DNA from: an uncultured Candidatus Rokubacteria bacterium
GTDB taxonomy: Bacteria; Methylomirabilota; Methylomirabilia; Rokubacteriales; CSP1-6
Direction of reading: 5' to 3'
Assembly (NCBI GenBank): GCA_963754315.1
Contig: CAVWFS010000019.1
Location: forward strand, 608,001 to 672,000
Length of the DNA: 64,000 nucleotides
Part shown: positions 29,706 to 40,760 of the stretch, in pieces
Layout: every line of letters begins with the position of its first letter
Numbering within the stretch: the stretch's first letter is position 1
Translations under genes and position numbers: made by a program
The notes under the pieces: model-generated
Told to the model about the DNA's origin: nothing
Seen by the model: only the letters and a program-made list of their open reading frames with translations
The model's database searches: none

Positions 29706-31413
29706 TCAAGGCGGTCTTGACGGAGGCGGCCGCGGTGAGGCCGAGCTCCACGATGCTCTGCTCGCGCATCAGGAACTTCTGCACCTTGCCGGTCACGGTC
29801 AAGGGAAACCCGTCCACGAACTTCACGTAACGCGGGATCTTGTAGTGGGCGATCCGGTCCCGACAGAACTCGCGGATCTCCTCGACCGTCGCCGACTGGC
29901 CGTCCTTCAGGCGGATCCAGGCCATGACCTCCTCGACGTACTTGGGGTCGGGCACGCCGATCACCTGAACGTCCTGGACCTTGGGATGGCTGTAGAGGAA
30001 CTCCTCGATCTCCCGTGGGTACACGTTCTCCCCGCCCCGGATGATCATGTCCTTGATGCGGCCCACGATGTTGAGGTAGCCGTCAGCGTCCATCACGGCC
30101 AGGTCACCCGTGTGCATCCAGCGCGCCGCGTCGATGGCCCCGCCTGTCGCTTCCTCGTTGTTCCAGTAGCCGAGCATCACGCTGTAGCCGCGCGTGCACA
30201 GCTCACCCGTGGTCCCGAGCGGCACTACCGCCCCCGTGGCGGGATCGATGATCTTGATTTCCACGTGCGGATGGACCTGCCCGACCGTACCCACTTGCTT
30301 GTCCAGAGGCGCGCCGATGCGCGTCTGGGTGCTCACCGGACTCGTCTCGGTCATGCCGTAGGCGATCTCGATCTCGCGCATGTTCATCAGGGCCTGCACC
30401 TTTTTCATCACCTCGACCGGGCACGGAGAGCCGGCCATGATCCCGGTCCGCAGGCTGCTCAAGTCGTACGTCGAGAAGCCGGGCTCACCCAGCTCGGCGA
30501 TGAACATGGTGGGAACCCCGTAGAGGGCGGTCCCGCGCTCGGCCTGGATCGCCTCCAGCACCGCCTTCGGCTCGAAGCCGGCGCTCGGGTAGATCATGGT
30601 GGCGCCATGGGTCATGCAGCCGAGATTTCCCATGACCATGCCGAAACAATGATAGAGCGGCACCGGGATGATCAGCCGATCGCGCTCGGTGAAGTTCATC
30701 AGCTCGGCCACGAAGTAACCGTTGTTGAGAATGTTGTGGTGGCTGAGGGTGGCGCCCTTCGGATACCCCGTTGTCCCGCTGGTGTACTGGATGTTGATCG
30801 GCTCGTCGAACTGGAGCTGGCCTTGCCGCTCGGCGAGCTGCCTGTCGTCGATCCGATCACCCCTGGCCAGCAGATCGGTCCAGACGAGCATGCCGGGAGC
30901 CGGCTCGGAGCCGAGGCGGACGACCACCCGAAGGTCGGGCAGCCGCGCCGCGGCCAGTTGGCCGGGAACCGCACCGCGTAGCTCAGGCGCCAGCTCGTAG
31001 AGCATGGCGGTGTAGTCGGATGTCTTGAACTGGGGAGCGATCACCAGATAGGCGCAGCCGGACTGCTGAAGCGCGTACTGCAACTCGTGGCCGCGGTAGC
31101 TCGGGTTGATGTTGACGAGGATCGCGCCGATCTTGGATGTCGCGAACTGGGTGATGGTCCACTCCGCGCAGTTCGGCGCCCAGATGCCGACCCGCTCTCC
31201 CTTCTGGACGCCGAGGCCGATGAGGGCGCGGGCGCAGCGGTCCACCTCCGCCTGCAGGGCACGGTACGTGTAACGGAGGTCTTGGTGGCGGACGACCAGC
31301 GCTTCGCGGTCCCCATAGCGAGCGACGATCGCATCGAACATGTCCCCGATCGTGATGCCGAGCAGCGGTGTCTCGTGCGCTCCGCTCACGTAACTCCTGC
31401 GCGCGTCAGCCAT
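29706..31413 (-). CDS. AMP-binding acyl-CoA synthetase; natural stop apparently lost by a 1-nt insertion near 29709
   Basis: YTSGTTGYPKG, YGMTETSP, HTGDLA, IIRGGEN, TGKVQK; reads SVKTA then TTGA, one base from TGA. Confidence 0.9.
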
Positions 31414-31423
31414 GGGAATCCCC

Positions 31424-31951
31424 TCAGCCCATATCCACCTTGTCGGCGTGCTTGATGCGATCGCCAGGGCGCATGTTGAGGACCGTCTCCGGAAATAGGT
31501 CGGCCACCCAGCGCAAGATATCGCCGGCTGTGATGACACCCACCGGGCGATGGTCGGCGTCGACGAGAGGGACTGTGCGGTAACCAGCCACGCTCATGCA
31601 ATAGACGGCGTAGGCCACGCGGTCCTCCCGGGTCAGCGCCTCGGGATTCGGTGTCATGACCTCGCGCAGCGTCGTACGGCGTGGCTCGAGCTCGCGGCCC
31701 ACGACCCGCGTCAGCACGTCACGCTCGGTGAAAATACCCGTCAGCCGCCCGCCGTCGTCCACGACCAGCACGCCGGCCTGGTGGCGGGCCAGCATGGCCG
31801 TGGCTGCTTCGTGGACGGTGGACGTCTCTGGCAGGCAAATTGGCTCGGTGGGAGCCAGGGTGGCCACCGTGGCGTCGAGAGCCGCGGCACTGATGACCCC
31901 CGTCTCGGCATCGGCAGTGTCGAAGTAGTGTTCGTCCTCCAGGTCACTCAT
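31424..31951 (-). CDS. CBS-domain pair protein
   Basis: LVVDDGGRLTGIFTERD, VMTPNP, VPLVDADHRPVGVIT. Confidence 0.88.
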   Translation of the reverse strand: MSDLEDEHYFDTADAETGVISAAALDATVATLAPTEPICLPETSTVHEAATAMLARHQAGVLVVDDGGRLTGIFTERDVLTRVVGRELEPRRTTLREVMTPNPEALTREDRVAYAVYCMSVAGYRTVPLVDADHRPVGVITAGDILRWVADLFPETVLNMRPGDRIKHADKVDMG

Positions 31952-31971
31952 ACGGCTCTCCGTCGCGACGT

Positions 31972-32493
31972 TCAGGGAGAGGAAAACTTCTGGGTGTTCC
32001 CCATGTGTGGCCACACGAAGCTCTGCACGTTGGCGAGGATCTGCTTGAGGTGGTTGCGGTCGTGGTGCACCCACTCGTGCAGAAGATCGGCCACCCGCAG
32101 GTAGCCGACCGTCGGGTGGTGGCCGCCCCGCGCCAGCTGGTCCGGGCCGAGGCGTCGAGCCAACACCACCCCTTCCTCGCGCAGGACCGCGAACGTGCGG
32201 AGGAGATCGTGGACATCGCGCTCGCAATCGCGCCGCTCGCGGGCCACCGCACTCTGATCCCACGTCTGAAGCTGGGGATCCGGGGCGTCGAGAATGATGC
32301 GAATGCGGCCCGAAAAGCCACGCTGCTCGGCCTCGATCAGGTGCCCGATCACCTCCTTGATGCACCACTCCCCCGGGGCCGGGTGCCAGCTCATGAGCAA
32401 TGCCGGAGCGGCAGCCACCTCCGCCCGCAGCGAGGCGAGCGCTCCCTCCAGGAGGCTCCCCGCGTCACCCGGCGTCAGTAGGGTGGTCGCCAT
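31972..32493 (-). CDS. DinB family protein
   Basis: WCIKEVIGHLIEAE and HHDRNHLKQI His triad. Confidence 0.85.
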   Translation of the reverse strand: MATTLLTPGDAGSLLEGALASLRAEVAAAPALLMSWHPAPGEWCIKEVIGHLIEAEQRGFSGRIRIILDAPDPQLQTWDQSAVARERRDCERDVHDLLRTFAVLREEGVVLARRLGPDQLARGGHHPTVGYLRVADLLHEWVHHDRNHLKQILANVQSFVWPHMGNTQKFSSP

Positions 32494-32505
32494 CTCGAGT
32501 GTCCC

Positions 32506-33627
32506 TCAGGCCGCCGCCGCCCGCAGCACTAGCTCACGATGGAAGTCGGCATCGCCGTACTGTACCTCGAGGGCCTTGGCACGCTTGAAGTAGAGGTGCA
32601 GATCGTACTCCCACGTGAAGCCGATCCCGCCGTGGACCTGAATGGCCTCACCGCAGACCTTGCGAGAGGCATCGTTCACGTAAGCCTTGGCTACCGAGGC
32701 GGCCAGCGGCGCGTCGTCGGCGCCGGCATCGAGGGCCCACGCCGCATAGTAGGTCGCCGCGTGGGAATTCTCGACCTCCAGCAGCATCTCGGCGCACTTG
32801 TGGCGGATGGCCTGGAACGAACCGATCGGCTGGCCGAACTGCTCGCGAACCTTGGCGTACGAGACCGCCATGTCCAGGCAGCGGCGGGCGGCACCCAGCA
32901 TCTCGGCGGCGGCGGCCACCGCACCCCGCCGCAGCAGCGCCTCCAGCAACGGCCTCGCTCCGCCCGGTGTCCCCAGCACGGCGTCCGCCTCGACGGCGAC
33001 GCCGTCCAGGGTGACCGTGCCCAGCCGGGTCGTGAGATCGATTCCCGTCATCATGGAGAGCCCGAGCTTCCGCGTCGAGGCCGGCTCCACCAGGAAGAGG
33101 GTGAGCCCCTCCGGCGCCCGCGCGGAGACCAACATGACATCGGCCACCTGCGGCCAGGGGACGAACTGCTTGAGGCCGGTGAGGACCCAGCCGTTTCCGC
33201 TGCGCGAGGCGTGGGTGGCAATCGCCTCCGGCGCCCAGTCGAGGCCGCGCTCCAGCAACGCCAAAGCACCTCGGGCGCTCCCGTTGGCCAGGGCCGGAAG
33301 CCATCGACTCTTCTGAGCCGGACTGCCCTCCGCCAGCAGAGCGTAGCCGGCCAGGGACGTTGCCAGATACGGGCCGGGAAAGGCAACGCGCCCCATCTCC
33401 TCCAGGAGGATGGCCGTCTCCACCATACCGAGCCCGCTGCCCCCAACCTCCTCGGGCAGCGCGAGCCCGAGCCAGCCCAGCTGAGCGATCTCCTTCCACA
33501 GCGCCTCGCTCTCGCCGCGTGGATCGTCGAACATCGCGCGAACGAACTCGGGCTTGCAGTGCTCGTCGAGGAAGGCGCGGGCGGAGTTCTTGAGCAGTTG
33601 CTGGTCCGAACTGAACGAAAAATCCAT
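32506..33627 (-). CDS. Acyl-CoA dehydrogenase (heteromeric-type partner subunit)
   Basis: REQFGQPIGSFQAIRH, QVHGGIGFTWE. Confidence 0.92.
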   Translation of the reverse strand: MDFSFSSDQQLLKNSARAFLDEHCKPEFVRAMFDDPRGESEALWKEIAQLGWLGLALPEEVGGSGLGMVETAILLEEMGRVAFPGPYLATSLAGYALLAEGSPAQKSRWLPALANGSARGALALLERGLDWAPEAIATHASRSGNGWVLTGLKQFVPWPQVADVMLVSARAPEGLTLFLVEPASTRKLGLSMMTGIDLTTRLGTVTLDGVAVEADAVLGTPGGARPLLEALLRRGAVAAAAEMLGAARRCLDMAVSYAKVREQFGQPIGSFQAIRHKCAEMLLEVENSHAATYYAAWALDAGADDAPLAASVAKAYVNDASRKVCGEAIQVHGGIGFTWEYDLHLYFKRAKALEVQYGDADFHRELVLRAAAA

Positions 33628-33637
33628 CGCACTCTCC

Positions 33638-34852
33638 TCACGCCTTCATGCGGTCGGCCCGGACTTCCTTGGGTAGGCCGAGCACCCGCTCGCCGATGAC
33701 GTTCTTCTGGATCTCCGAGGAGCCCGAGTAGATGGTACCGGCCCGGGACCACAAGTAGGCGTAGGCCCACGTCCCCCGCACCCCGGACGAGGAGTCGATG
33801 TCTAGCGTGAACTCCTCGAGCCCGCCGCCTTCTGTCACCTGGCCATAGGGGCCGAGGATCTCCTGGCACAGCTCGTAGTACCGCTTCTCGAATTCGCTGT
33901 AGGAGAGCTTGGTGATCGACGAAGCCGCCCCGGGCTCGGCGCCCTTTTCGAGGGCGGAGAGCACGCGCAGCGCCGCGTAGCGCTGGACCTCCAGGTCCGT
34001 GTAGAGACGGCCCATCTTGATGCGCACGACCGGATCATCCAGCAGCGGGCGGCCGTGCCGCTCGAGCTTCCTGGTCGCTTGCACCAGACGGTCGAAGGCC
34101 GCCTTGTAGCGCGTGATGCGACCGAGCGAGTTGCCGCCTCGTTCGTAGCCGAGGGTGGTCTGAGCGATCTCCCAGCCCTGGCCGAGGCGGCCGATGAGGT
34201 TCTGCTTCTCCACGGTGGCGTTGGTCATGAAGACTTCGTTGAACTCCGCTCCGCCCGTGATCTGCTTGAGCGGGCGCACCTCCACCCCAGGCTGACGCAT
34301 GTTGAAGAGGAAGCACGAGATGCCCTTGTGCTTGGCGACCCGAGGATCGGTGCGGGCGAGCAGGATGCCGAAGTCGGCGATGTGACCACTGCTGGTCCAG
34401 ATTTTCTGGCCGTTCACGAGAAAGTGATCGCCCTTGTCCTCGGCCAGGGTGCGTAGGCTGGCCAGGTCCGAGCCCGAATTCGGCTCGGAGTATAGCTGGC
34501 ACCAGATCTCCTCGGCGGTCAGGATCTTCCGGAGATACCGCTGCTTCTGCCAGTCCGTACCGTGGATGATGATGGTCGGCCCAATGAACCCGATGCCGAG
34601 GCCGTTGATGGGCGCGGGCGCGTTGGCGCGGGCCATCTCGTCGGCCGCGATGGCGATCCGCATCGGCCCGAACGCATGCCCACCGTACTCCTTGGGCCAA
34701 TGCATTCCGACGTAACCCGCCTCGTACATGGTGCGGTGCCATTGCTTGCGCTCGTCGAGGGTCTTCAGCTCTTGCCGCGGCACGTTCGCTTCGAGCCAGC
34801 GCCGGGTTCTCTCACGAAACTGTAGATCCTCCGGCGAATAGTTCAGATCCAT
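33638..34852 (-). CDS. Acyl-CoA dehydrogenase
   Basis: WCQLYSEPNSGSDLASL, NGQKIWTS, TIYSGSSEIQKN. Confidence 0.93.
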   Translation of the reverse strand: MDLNYSPEDLQFRERTRRWLEANVPRQELKTLDERKQWHRTMYEAGYVGMHWPKEYGGHAFGPMRIAIAADEMARANAPAPINGLGIGFIGPTIIIHGTDWQKQRYLRKILTAEEIWCQLYSEPNSGSDLASLRTLAEDKGDHFLVNGQKIWTSSGHIADFGILLARTDPRVAKHKGISCFLFNMRQPGVEVRPLKQITGGAEFNEVFMTNATVEKQNLIGRLGQGWEIAQTTLGYERGGNSLGRITRYKAAFDRLVQATRKLERHGRPLLDDPVVRIKMGRLYTDLEVQRYAALRVLSALEKGAEPGAASSITKLSYSEFEKRYYELCQEILGPYGQVTEGGGLEEFTLDIDSSSGVRGTWAYAYLWSRAGTIYSGSSEIQKNVIGERVLGLPKEVRADRMKA

Positions 34853-35025
34853 GCGCTCGTCCTTTCTTGGAATGGGCGGCTTCGAAAGGGCACCCCAACC
34901 CCCCGACTCCTGGAGTATAGCTCTGACCTCGGTCCCAGCACGGTTGGGGTCTGCGCGGTTGCCGCGGGGGGCGGTCGTCGCCGATGATCCGGGTCGAGCG
35001 CAGAGTCATCTTGGAGGAACGGTCG

Positions 35026-36081
35026 ATGGGGAAGTCGGCGATCGCGGGGCAGGCGCAGACGGTGCTGGGTCCGGTGGCAGGGGAGGCGCTGGGAATCACG
35101 CTTCCCCACGAGCACCTCCTCATTGATTTCGCGGTGATGTTCGTGGAGCCGGCGGCGGCGAGTCAGAAGGGTCTTGCTCACCAGGCGGTAAGCCTGGAGA
35201 ACCTCGGGTGGGTGCGCCAGAACTTCAACGCGAACCTGGACAACCTCCGCCTCCTCGACGAGGAGACCGCTCGCAGCGAGGCACTCCTCTTCCAGCAAGC
35301 GGGCGGCCAGACCATGGTGGACCCCACCAACCGGAGCCTGGCACGCGACCCCTGCGCCCTGGCCCGCATCGCGCGGGCCACGGGTCTGCACGTGATCATG
35401 GGCTCCGGCTACTACGTGGCCGCCGCCCATCCCTCCGACATGGATCGTCGCACGGTCGACGATATTGCCCGGGAGATCATCGGTGACGTCAGAGATGGAG
35501 TCGGCGACACCGGGATCCGCGCCGGGCTCATCGGCGAGATCGGTTGCACATGGCCGTGGACGGCGAACGAGAAGAAGGTCGTGCGGGCGGCGGTGATTGC
35601 CCAGCGCGAGACGGGCGCGCCGCTCATGATTCATCCCGGGCGGCACGAGCAGGCGCCCATGGAGATTCTCGAGCTGGTGCGGAGCGAGGGAGGCGATCTC
35701 TCCCGCACGATCATGTGTCACATCGACCGGACCATCGCCGACGAGCAGCGCGTGCGGGACCTGGCTGCCACCGGCTGTTATCTCGAGTACGACCTCTTCG
35801 GGCTCGAGACCTCCTGGTACCCCTACAACCCGGATTTCGACATGCCCAACGACGGTGGGCGCATGCGCCATATCCTCGGTCTGATCGAGGCGGGTCACAT
35901 GCGCCAGATCCTCATGTCGCACGACATCGCCTACAAGAGCTCCCTCACCCGCTATGGCGGCTACGGATACCATCATCTGCTCGTGAACGTGGTGCCGCGC
36001 CTGCGCCGCAAGGGGCTCGACGACACTGCGCTCCGCACCCTGCTCGTCGAAAACCCCACGCACGCGATGGTGTTCGTGTGA
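35026..36081 (+). CDS. Phosphotriesterase-related protein (PTE/PHP family)
   Basis: TLPHEHL, GEIG (Glu-bridged subgroup), MIH, MCH, SHD; GGAGGA RBS. Confidence 0.88.
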   Translation: MGKSAIAGQAQTVLGPVAGEALGITLPHEHLLIDFAVMFVEPAAASQKGLAHQAVSLENLGWVRQNFNANLDNLRLLDEETARSEALLFQQAGGQTMVDPTNRSLARDPCALARIARATGLHVIMGSGYYVAAAHPSDMDRRTVDDIAREIIGDVRDGVGDTGIRAGLIGEIGCTWPWTANEKKVVRAAVIAQRETGAPLMIHPGRHEQAPMEILELVRSEGGDLSRTIMCHIDRTIADEQRVRDLAATGCYLEYDLFGLETSWYPYNPDFDMPNDGGRMRHILGLIEAGHMRQILMSHDIAYKSSLTRYGGYGYHHLLVNVVPRLRRKGLDDTALRTLLVENPTHAMVFV

Positions 36082-36083
36082 CC

Positions 36084-38540
36084 TTACGCGCGGGGACGGG
36101 AGCCGGTGGGATCGTAGGGCGGGCGTCGATGGACGGTGGCACTCATGCGCTCGCCGGCGACCTCGAGCTCCCAGCGGCCGGCGGCGACGTAGGGATCGGT
36201 CACGCCCGCTGGGTGGTAGACGTAGCCCATGGCAACGGCGCGCCCTAAGGTGTGGCCATAGGCTCCCGAGGTAGTCCGTCCCACGAGGACGCCGTCGCGC
36301 CAGACGGGCTCGTTGCCGAAGAGCAGTGGTTCAGGATCGGTCAGCGTGAACACGAGAAGCCGCTTGGTGAGCGGCGCTTCACGCTGACGCAGGAGAGCTT
36401 CGCGGCCTATGAAGGCCACCCGCTTGTCGAGGGCGACGGCAAAGGTCAGCCCCGCCTCCGGCGGGGTGTCCTCGCTCGAGATGTCGTGCCCCCAGGACCG
36501 ATAGGCCTTCTCGACGCGCAGAGAATCCATGGCGTGGTAGCCGGCCGGGCGCAGACCCAGTTCGTCGCCTTCGGCGAGGAGCGCCTCGAGGACGTGAACG
36601 GCGAACTCGGCCGGAACGTACAACTCCCAGCCGAGTTCGCCCACGTACGTGATGCGGAGCGCCCGTACGGATGCTCCTGCGACCTCGATCTCCTGCGCGG
36701 TCGCGAACGGAAAGGCCGCGTTGGAGAGATCGGCGTCGGTCAGGCGCGATAAGAGCGCCCGTGAACGCGGGCCCATCAGTCCGACGGTGGCGAAGGCGCC
36801 GGTGCGATCGACCAGAGCGACGCGGGCCGAGTCGGGAAGGTGGCGCCGGATCCAGTCGAGGTCGTGCTCGGCAACCGCGGCCCCGGTGACGATGAAGTAA
36901 CGGTCCGCCCCGAGCCGGGTTACCGTCAGGTCGCACTCGATGCCGCCTCGCTCGTTGAGCATGGCCGTGTAGCGGACGCTGCCCGGTGGCCCTCCCACGT
37001 CGTTGGCGCAGAGGCGCTGGAGGGCGGCCTCCGCGTCGGGACCATCAAGCTCCCACTTGGCAAACGAGCTCTGATCGAAGAGTCCCACCGCCTCCCGCAC
37101 GGCCCGGTGCTCCTCGGCGGCGTGGGGAAACCAGTTCTGGCGATCCCAGCTGTACCGGTACGCGGGTTCCACGCCAGACGGGGCAAACCAGTTGGCCCGC
37201 TCCCATCCCATCACTTCCCCGAAGCAGGCCCCACGTGCCGCCAGTCGATCGTGCAGTGGCGAGCGGCGTCGCCCCCGCGCCGTCTGCATCTGCCGGGACG
37301 GCCAGTGCATGGCGTAGAGCAACCCGACCGTCTCCACCACGCGCTCGCGCAGATAGCGCGTCTCGTTGTGCAACGGCGCGAAGCGGCGAAGATCGACCTC
37401 CCACAGGTCCATGGTCGGCGCGCCCTCCACGATCCACTCGGCGATGGCGCGCCCCGCTCCCGCCGCAGAAGCGATGCCGGTGGAATGAAAGCCGGCCGCC
37501 ACGAAGAAGCCGCGCACCCCGGGCGCCTCTCCCAGTAGGTACCGGGTATCAGGGGTGAAGCTCTCGGGCCCATTCAGGAGCTGTTTCACTTCGGCTCCTA
37601 CCAGGCACGGCACGCGCAGATGGGCGTTCTCGATGAAGACGCGGAACTGCGCCCAGTCCTCATCGAAGAGCGAGAAGGCGAAGTTCGTCGAAATGCTCTC
37701 GACCGGCCGAGGCTTGGCCACCGGCTCGAAGCCCCCCATGACGAGGTCGCCCTCGCGTTCACGGAGGTAGATGTGCCCGTCGGCGTCGCGCAGCACGGGC
37801 AAGGTAGGCGGAATCGCCGCGCGAGGCACGGCCACCATGTACATGTGCTCGGCTGCGAAGAGGGGCACCGCCACACGAGCCGTGCGCGCGATCTCCCTCG
37901 CCCACAGACCGCCGCAGTTGACGACGGTCTCGCACGCGATCCGGCCTCCCTCGGTGAGCACGCCGCTCACCCTGCCGTGCTGAACCTCGATCCCGGTGAC
38001 GACCACATCTTCCAGGATCGTCACCCCGCCCCGCCGAGCCCCGGCCGCCAGCGCGAGCGCCGTCTGGCCCGGGTTCGTCTGGGCGTCACCGGGAATGTGG
38101 ACGGCTCCCACCAGATCATCCGTTCGCATCAGGGGCCACAGCTTCCCCGCCTCGACAGGACCGATCGCCGCCACCTCGACGCCGAAGCAGCGCGCCATCG
38201 AGGCCAGACGCCTGAGCTCGGTCATCCGCTCGGCCGTGCGCGCCACGCTCACGCTGCCGTTGCAGCGAAAGCCAGTGGCCACACCGGTCTCGGCTTCCAG
38301 CCGCCCGTACAGCTCGACTCCGTAGCGCGAGAGCCTGGTGAGGTTCTGGGTGCTCCGGACCTGGCCGAGGAGCCCCGCCGCATGCCAGGTGGTCCCGCAC
38401 GTGAGCGATCGACGCTCCAGCAGTACGGTCTCGCGGGCGTCGAGCTTGGCGAGGTGGTAGGCGACGCTGCACCCAGCGATGCCCCCACCCACCACCACCA
38501 CCCGTGCCTGCGTCGGGAGGGCCGATGTCGTGTGTGTCAT
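36084..38540 (-). CDS. Dimethylglycine/sarcosine dehydrogenase-like FAD oxidoreductase with GcvT domain
   Basis: VVGGGIAG, GTTWHAAG (covalent FAD His), GPESFTPD, TYVGELGWEL. Confidence 0.9.
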   Translation of the reverse strand: MTHTTSALPTQARVVVVGGGIAGCSVAYHLAKLDARETVLLERRSLTCGTTWHAAGLLGQVRSTQNLTRLSRYGVELYGRLEAETGVATGFRCNGSVSVARTAERMTELRRLASMARCFGVEVAAIGPVEAGKLWPLMRTDDLVGAVHIPGDAQTNPGQTALALAAGARRGGVTILEDVVVTGIEVQHGRVSGVLTEGGRIACETVVNCGGLWAREIARTARVAVPLFAAEHMYMVAVPRAAIPPTLPVLRDADGHIYLREREGDLVMGGFEPVAKPRPVESISTNFAFSLFDEDWAQFRVFIENAHLRVPCLVGAEVKQLLNGPESFTPDTRYLLGEAPGVRGFFVAAGFHSTGIASAAGAGRAIAEWIVEGAPTMDLWEVDLRRFAPLHNETRYLRERVVETVGLLYAMHWPSRQMQTARGRRRSPLHDRLAARGACFGEVMGWERANWFAPSGVEPAYRYSWDRQNWFPHAAEEHRAVREAVGLFDQSSFAKWELDGPDAEAALQRLCANDVGGPPGSVRYTAMLNERGGIECDLTVTRLGADRYFIVTGAAVAEHDLDWIRRHLPDSARVALVDRTGAFATVGLMGPRSRALLSRLTDADLSNAAFPFATAQEIEVAGASVRALRITYVGELGWELYVPAEFAVHVLEALLAEGDELGLRPAGYHAMDSLRVEKAYRSWGHDISSEDTPPEAGLTFAVALDKRVAFIGREALLRQREAPLTKRLLVFTLTDPEPLLFGNEPVWRDGVLVGRTTSGAYGHTLGRAVAMGYVYHPAGVTDPYVAAGRWELEVAGERMSATVHRRPPYDPTGSRPRA

Positions 38541-38637
38541 CACCGTGGCGAGATGCGCGGTGCCATGATCAGAGGGCGCGTCGTTCTCGTCGCGATCAGG
38601 TCGCGCCGGCGTCTTGCCGCGTATAATCGCCGACGCT

Positions 38638-39528
38638 ATGACCACCTGGATCGAGACGTACCGAGGGGCCGTGTATCGGTGGGAGGTCGACACCGTCGAT
38701 CACTTCACCGTTGCTTTCTACTTCCAGCGGTTTGCCGATGCGAGCCTCGCCCTCCTGGGCACGCTCGGGCTGGGGCCCACCTATGTGGCCGAGTCCGGGC
38801 GGGGTTGCGTTCCCGTCGACAGTTACGTGCGCTACATGAAAGAGCTGAGGGCGGGGGACATCCTGCACGTCGAGAGCGGCGTCATCGGCGTCGATTCGAC
38901 GGGTGTCGCCATCGGGCACAAGCTCTTCGATACGGGCAGCGGGGCTCTGTGCGCGACCGTGGAGGAGCGGACGCGGCACATCGAGCTGGGTACGCGCGTC
39001 CCCCGCCCGCTGCCTAGCGCGGCCGAGACCAGTGCCCGCACGCAGCTGGTGGGCTGGGACGGACCCCCGCGCGAGCACCGTGCCCTCCCGCTGGGAGACG
39101 AGGGCTTCCTGGTGGCGGCCCAGGAGTTTGTCAAACCGGGGGAGATGGATGTGTACGGCCAGAGCGCCCCGCCCTTTTACATCCACCGCTTCACGGCGGC
39201 GAACGGCCACGTCTTGGCCGCCTTCGGAATGACGCCTGCCTATCAGCGCGAGCATCACCGCGGCTTCTCGACCTTCGAGTTTCAGCTTGGATTTCCGGGG
39301 AGGCTTCGCGCGGGCGATATCGCTCTCGTGAGAAGCGGGCTCCTCCACGTGGGCACGTCGTCCATGCGTATCTTCCACCGGATGCACAACGGGCAGACTG
39401 GGGAGATCGTGGCAACCTTGGACCAGCTCGGCGTCCATCTCGACCTGGACGCGCGGCGCCCGGCTCCGATCCCCGACACGCTTCGCGAGCGGGCGCGCGC
39501 CCTTCAGGTCACGATGACGTCCACCTGA
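38638..39528 (+). CDS. Tandem hot-dog fold thioesterase
   Basis: Two 4HBT-like halves (WEVDTVDH..ELRAGD; EMDVYGQ..RLRAGD..HLDLDARR). Confidence 0.75.
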   Translation: MTTWIETYRGAVYRWEVDTVDHFTVAFYFQRFADASLALLGTLGLGPTYVAESGRGCVPVDSYVRYMKELRAGDILHVESGVIGVDSTGVAIGHKLFDTGSGALCATVEERTRHIELGTRVPRPLPSAAETSARTQLVGWDGPPREHRALPLGDEGFLVAAQEFVKPGEMDVYGQSAPPFYIHRFTAANGHVLAAFGMTPAYQREHHRGFSTFEFQLGFPGRLRAGDIALVRSGLLHVGTSSMRIFHRMHNGQTGEIVATLDQLGVHLDLDARRPAPIPDTLRERARALQVTMTST

Positions 39529-39574
39529 CGGAGCCCAAGACGAGCCGACCTGCACGGGGCCTCGGCGACCGCGG

Positions 39575-40760
39575 TCAACCGCTCCCAGCGGCGATGGCCC
39601 CGGCCGCGGTGAGGCGCTCGATCTCCGTTCCGGAGATTCCCAGTTCGCTCAGGACCTCTTGCGTGTGCTCGCCAAGAAGCGGGGCGGGGCGTCGGATGGT
39701 CGCCGGGGTGGCGGAGGCCCGGAACGGGAAGCTCAGCATCCGCACCGTGCCCTGCCCCGGCTGGTCCACCTCGGTGATACAGCCGAGGTGCTTGACTTGC
39801 GGATCCTCGAACACCTCGTCGAACTCGTAGATCGGTCCCACCGCCACCTGCACCTTCTCGAAGCGGTCCACCCACTCGGCGGTCGTGGCCGTACCGAGCT
39901 GCGTCTCCACCCGGGCCTTGAATTCGGCGTGGTGGGCGAGCCGGTCGTCGTTGGTCGCGAACTTGGGGTCGGATGGGAGCTCGGGATCGCCGAGCCCCGC
40001 GCAGAAGCGGTCGAATTGCTCCGGTCCGGTGAGCACGACGTTCAGGTGTCCGTCCTTGGTCCGAAACGCTTCGGCCGGAGTGAGAAACGGGTTGCGGTTG
40101 CCGACGCGGGTAGGCGGCTTCTCGGTGTAGAAGAAGTCGGCGATCGGATCCGGCAGCATGCCCATCATCGACGCGAGCAGGTTCACGTCGAGGTACTGGC
40201 CCTCCCCCGCGCGAAACCGGTGCACAAGGGCGGCGTTGATGGCCCCGAAGGTCAGGAACGAAGCGGCCAGGTCGGCGATGGAACCGCCTGGCCGAGTCGG
40301 AGGATCCTTGGGCCACCCGGTGAGAGCCATGACCCCACTCATGCCCATGGCGATCGTGTTGTAGCCGGGCCGCCTGGCATAGGGGCCAGTCTGGCCGAAG
40401 CCGCTCACCGAGGCGTACACGATGGTCGGGTTGACTGCGCGGACGGTGTCGTAGCCGAGTCCGAGCTTGGCCGCCACGCCCGGCACGAAGTTTTCGATGA
40501 TCACATCGGCCCGACGAGCCAGCTCGAAGGCGACCCGGGCGCCGTCGGAATGTCGCGAGGTCGATGGCCACCCCGCGCTTGTTACGGTTGCACGCGGCAA
40601 AGATGGCGCTCATGCCTTTCCCGCCACGGAGCCATCGCATGTCGTCGCCTCGTCCTGGCCGCTCCACCTTGATCACGTCGGCGCCGAGGTCGCCAAGCAT
40701 CATGGCCGCATAGGGGCCGGCGATGATGCGCGACAGATCCAGGACGCGAAGCCCTTTCAT
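39575..40760 (-). CDS. CoA-transferase family III with a +1 frameshift near 40553 (error or pseudogene)
   Basis: MKGLRVLDLSRIIAGPYAAMMLGDLGAD..NRNKRG in one frame; ADVIIENFVPG..APLLGEHT in the next. Confidence 0.85.
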
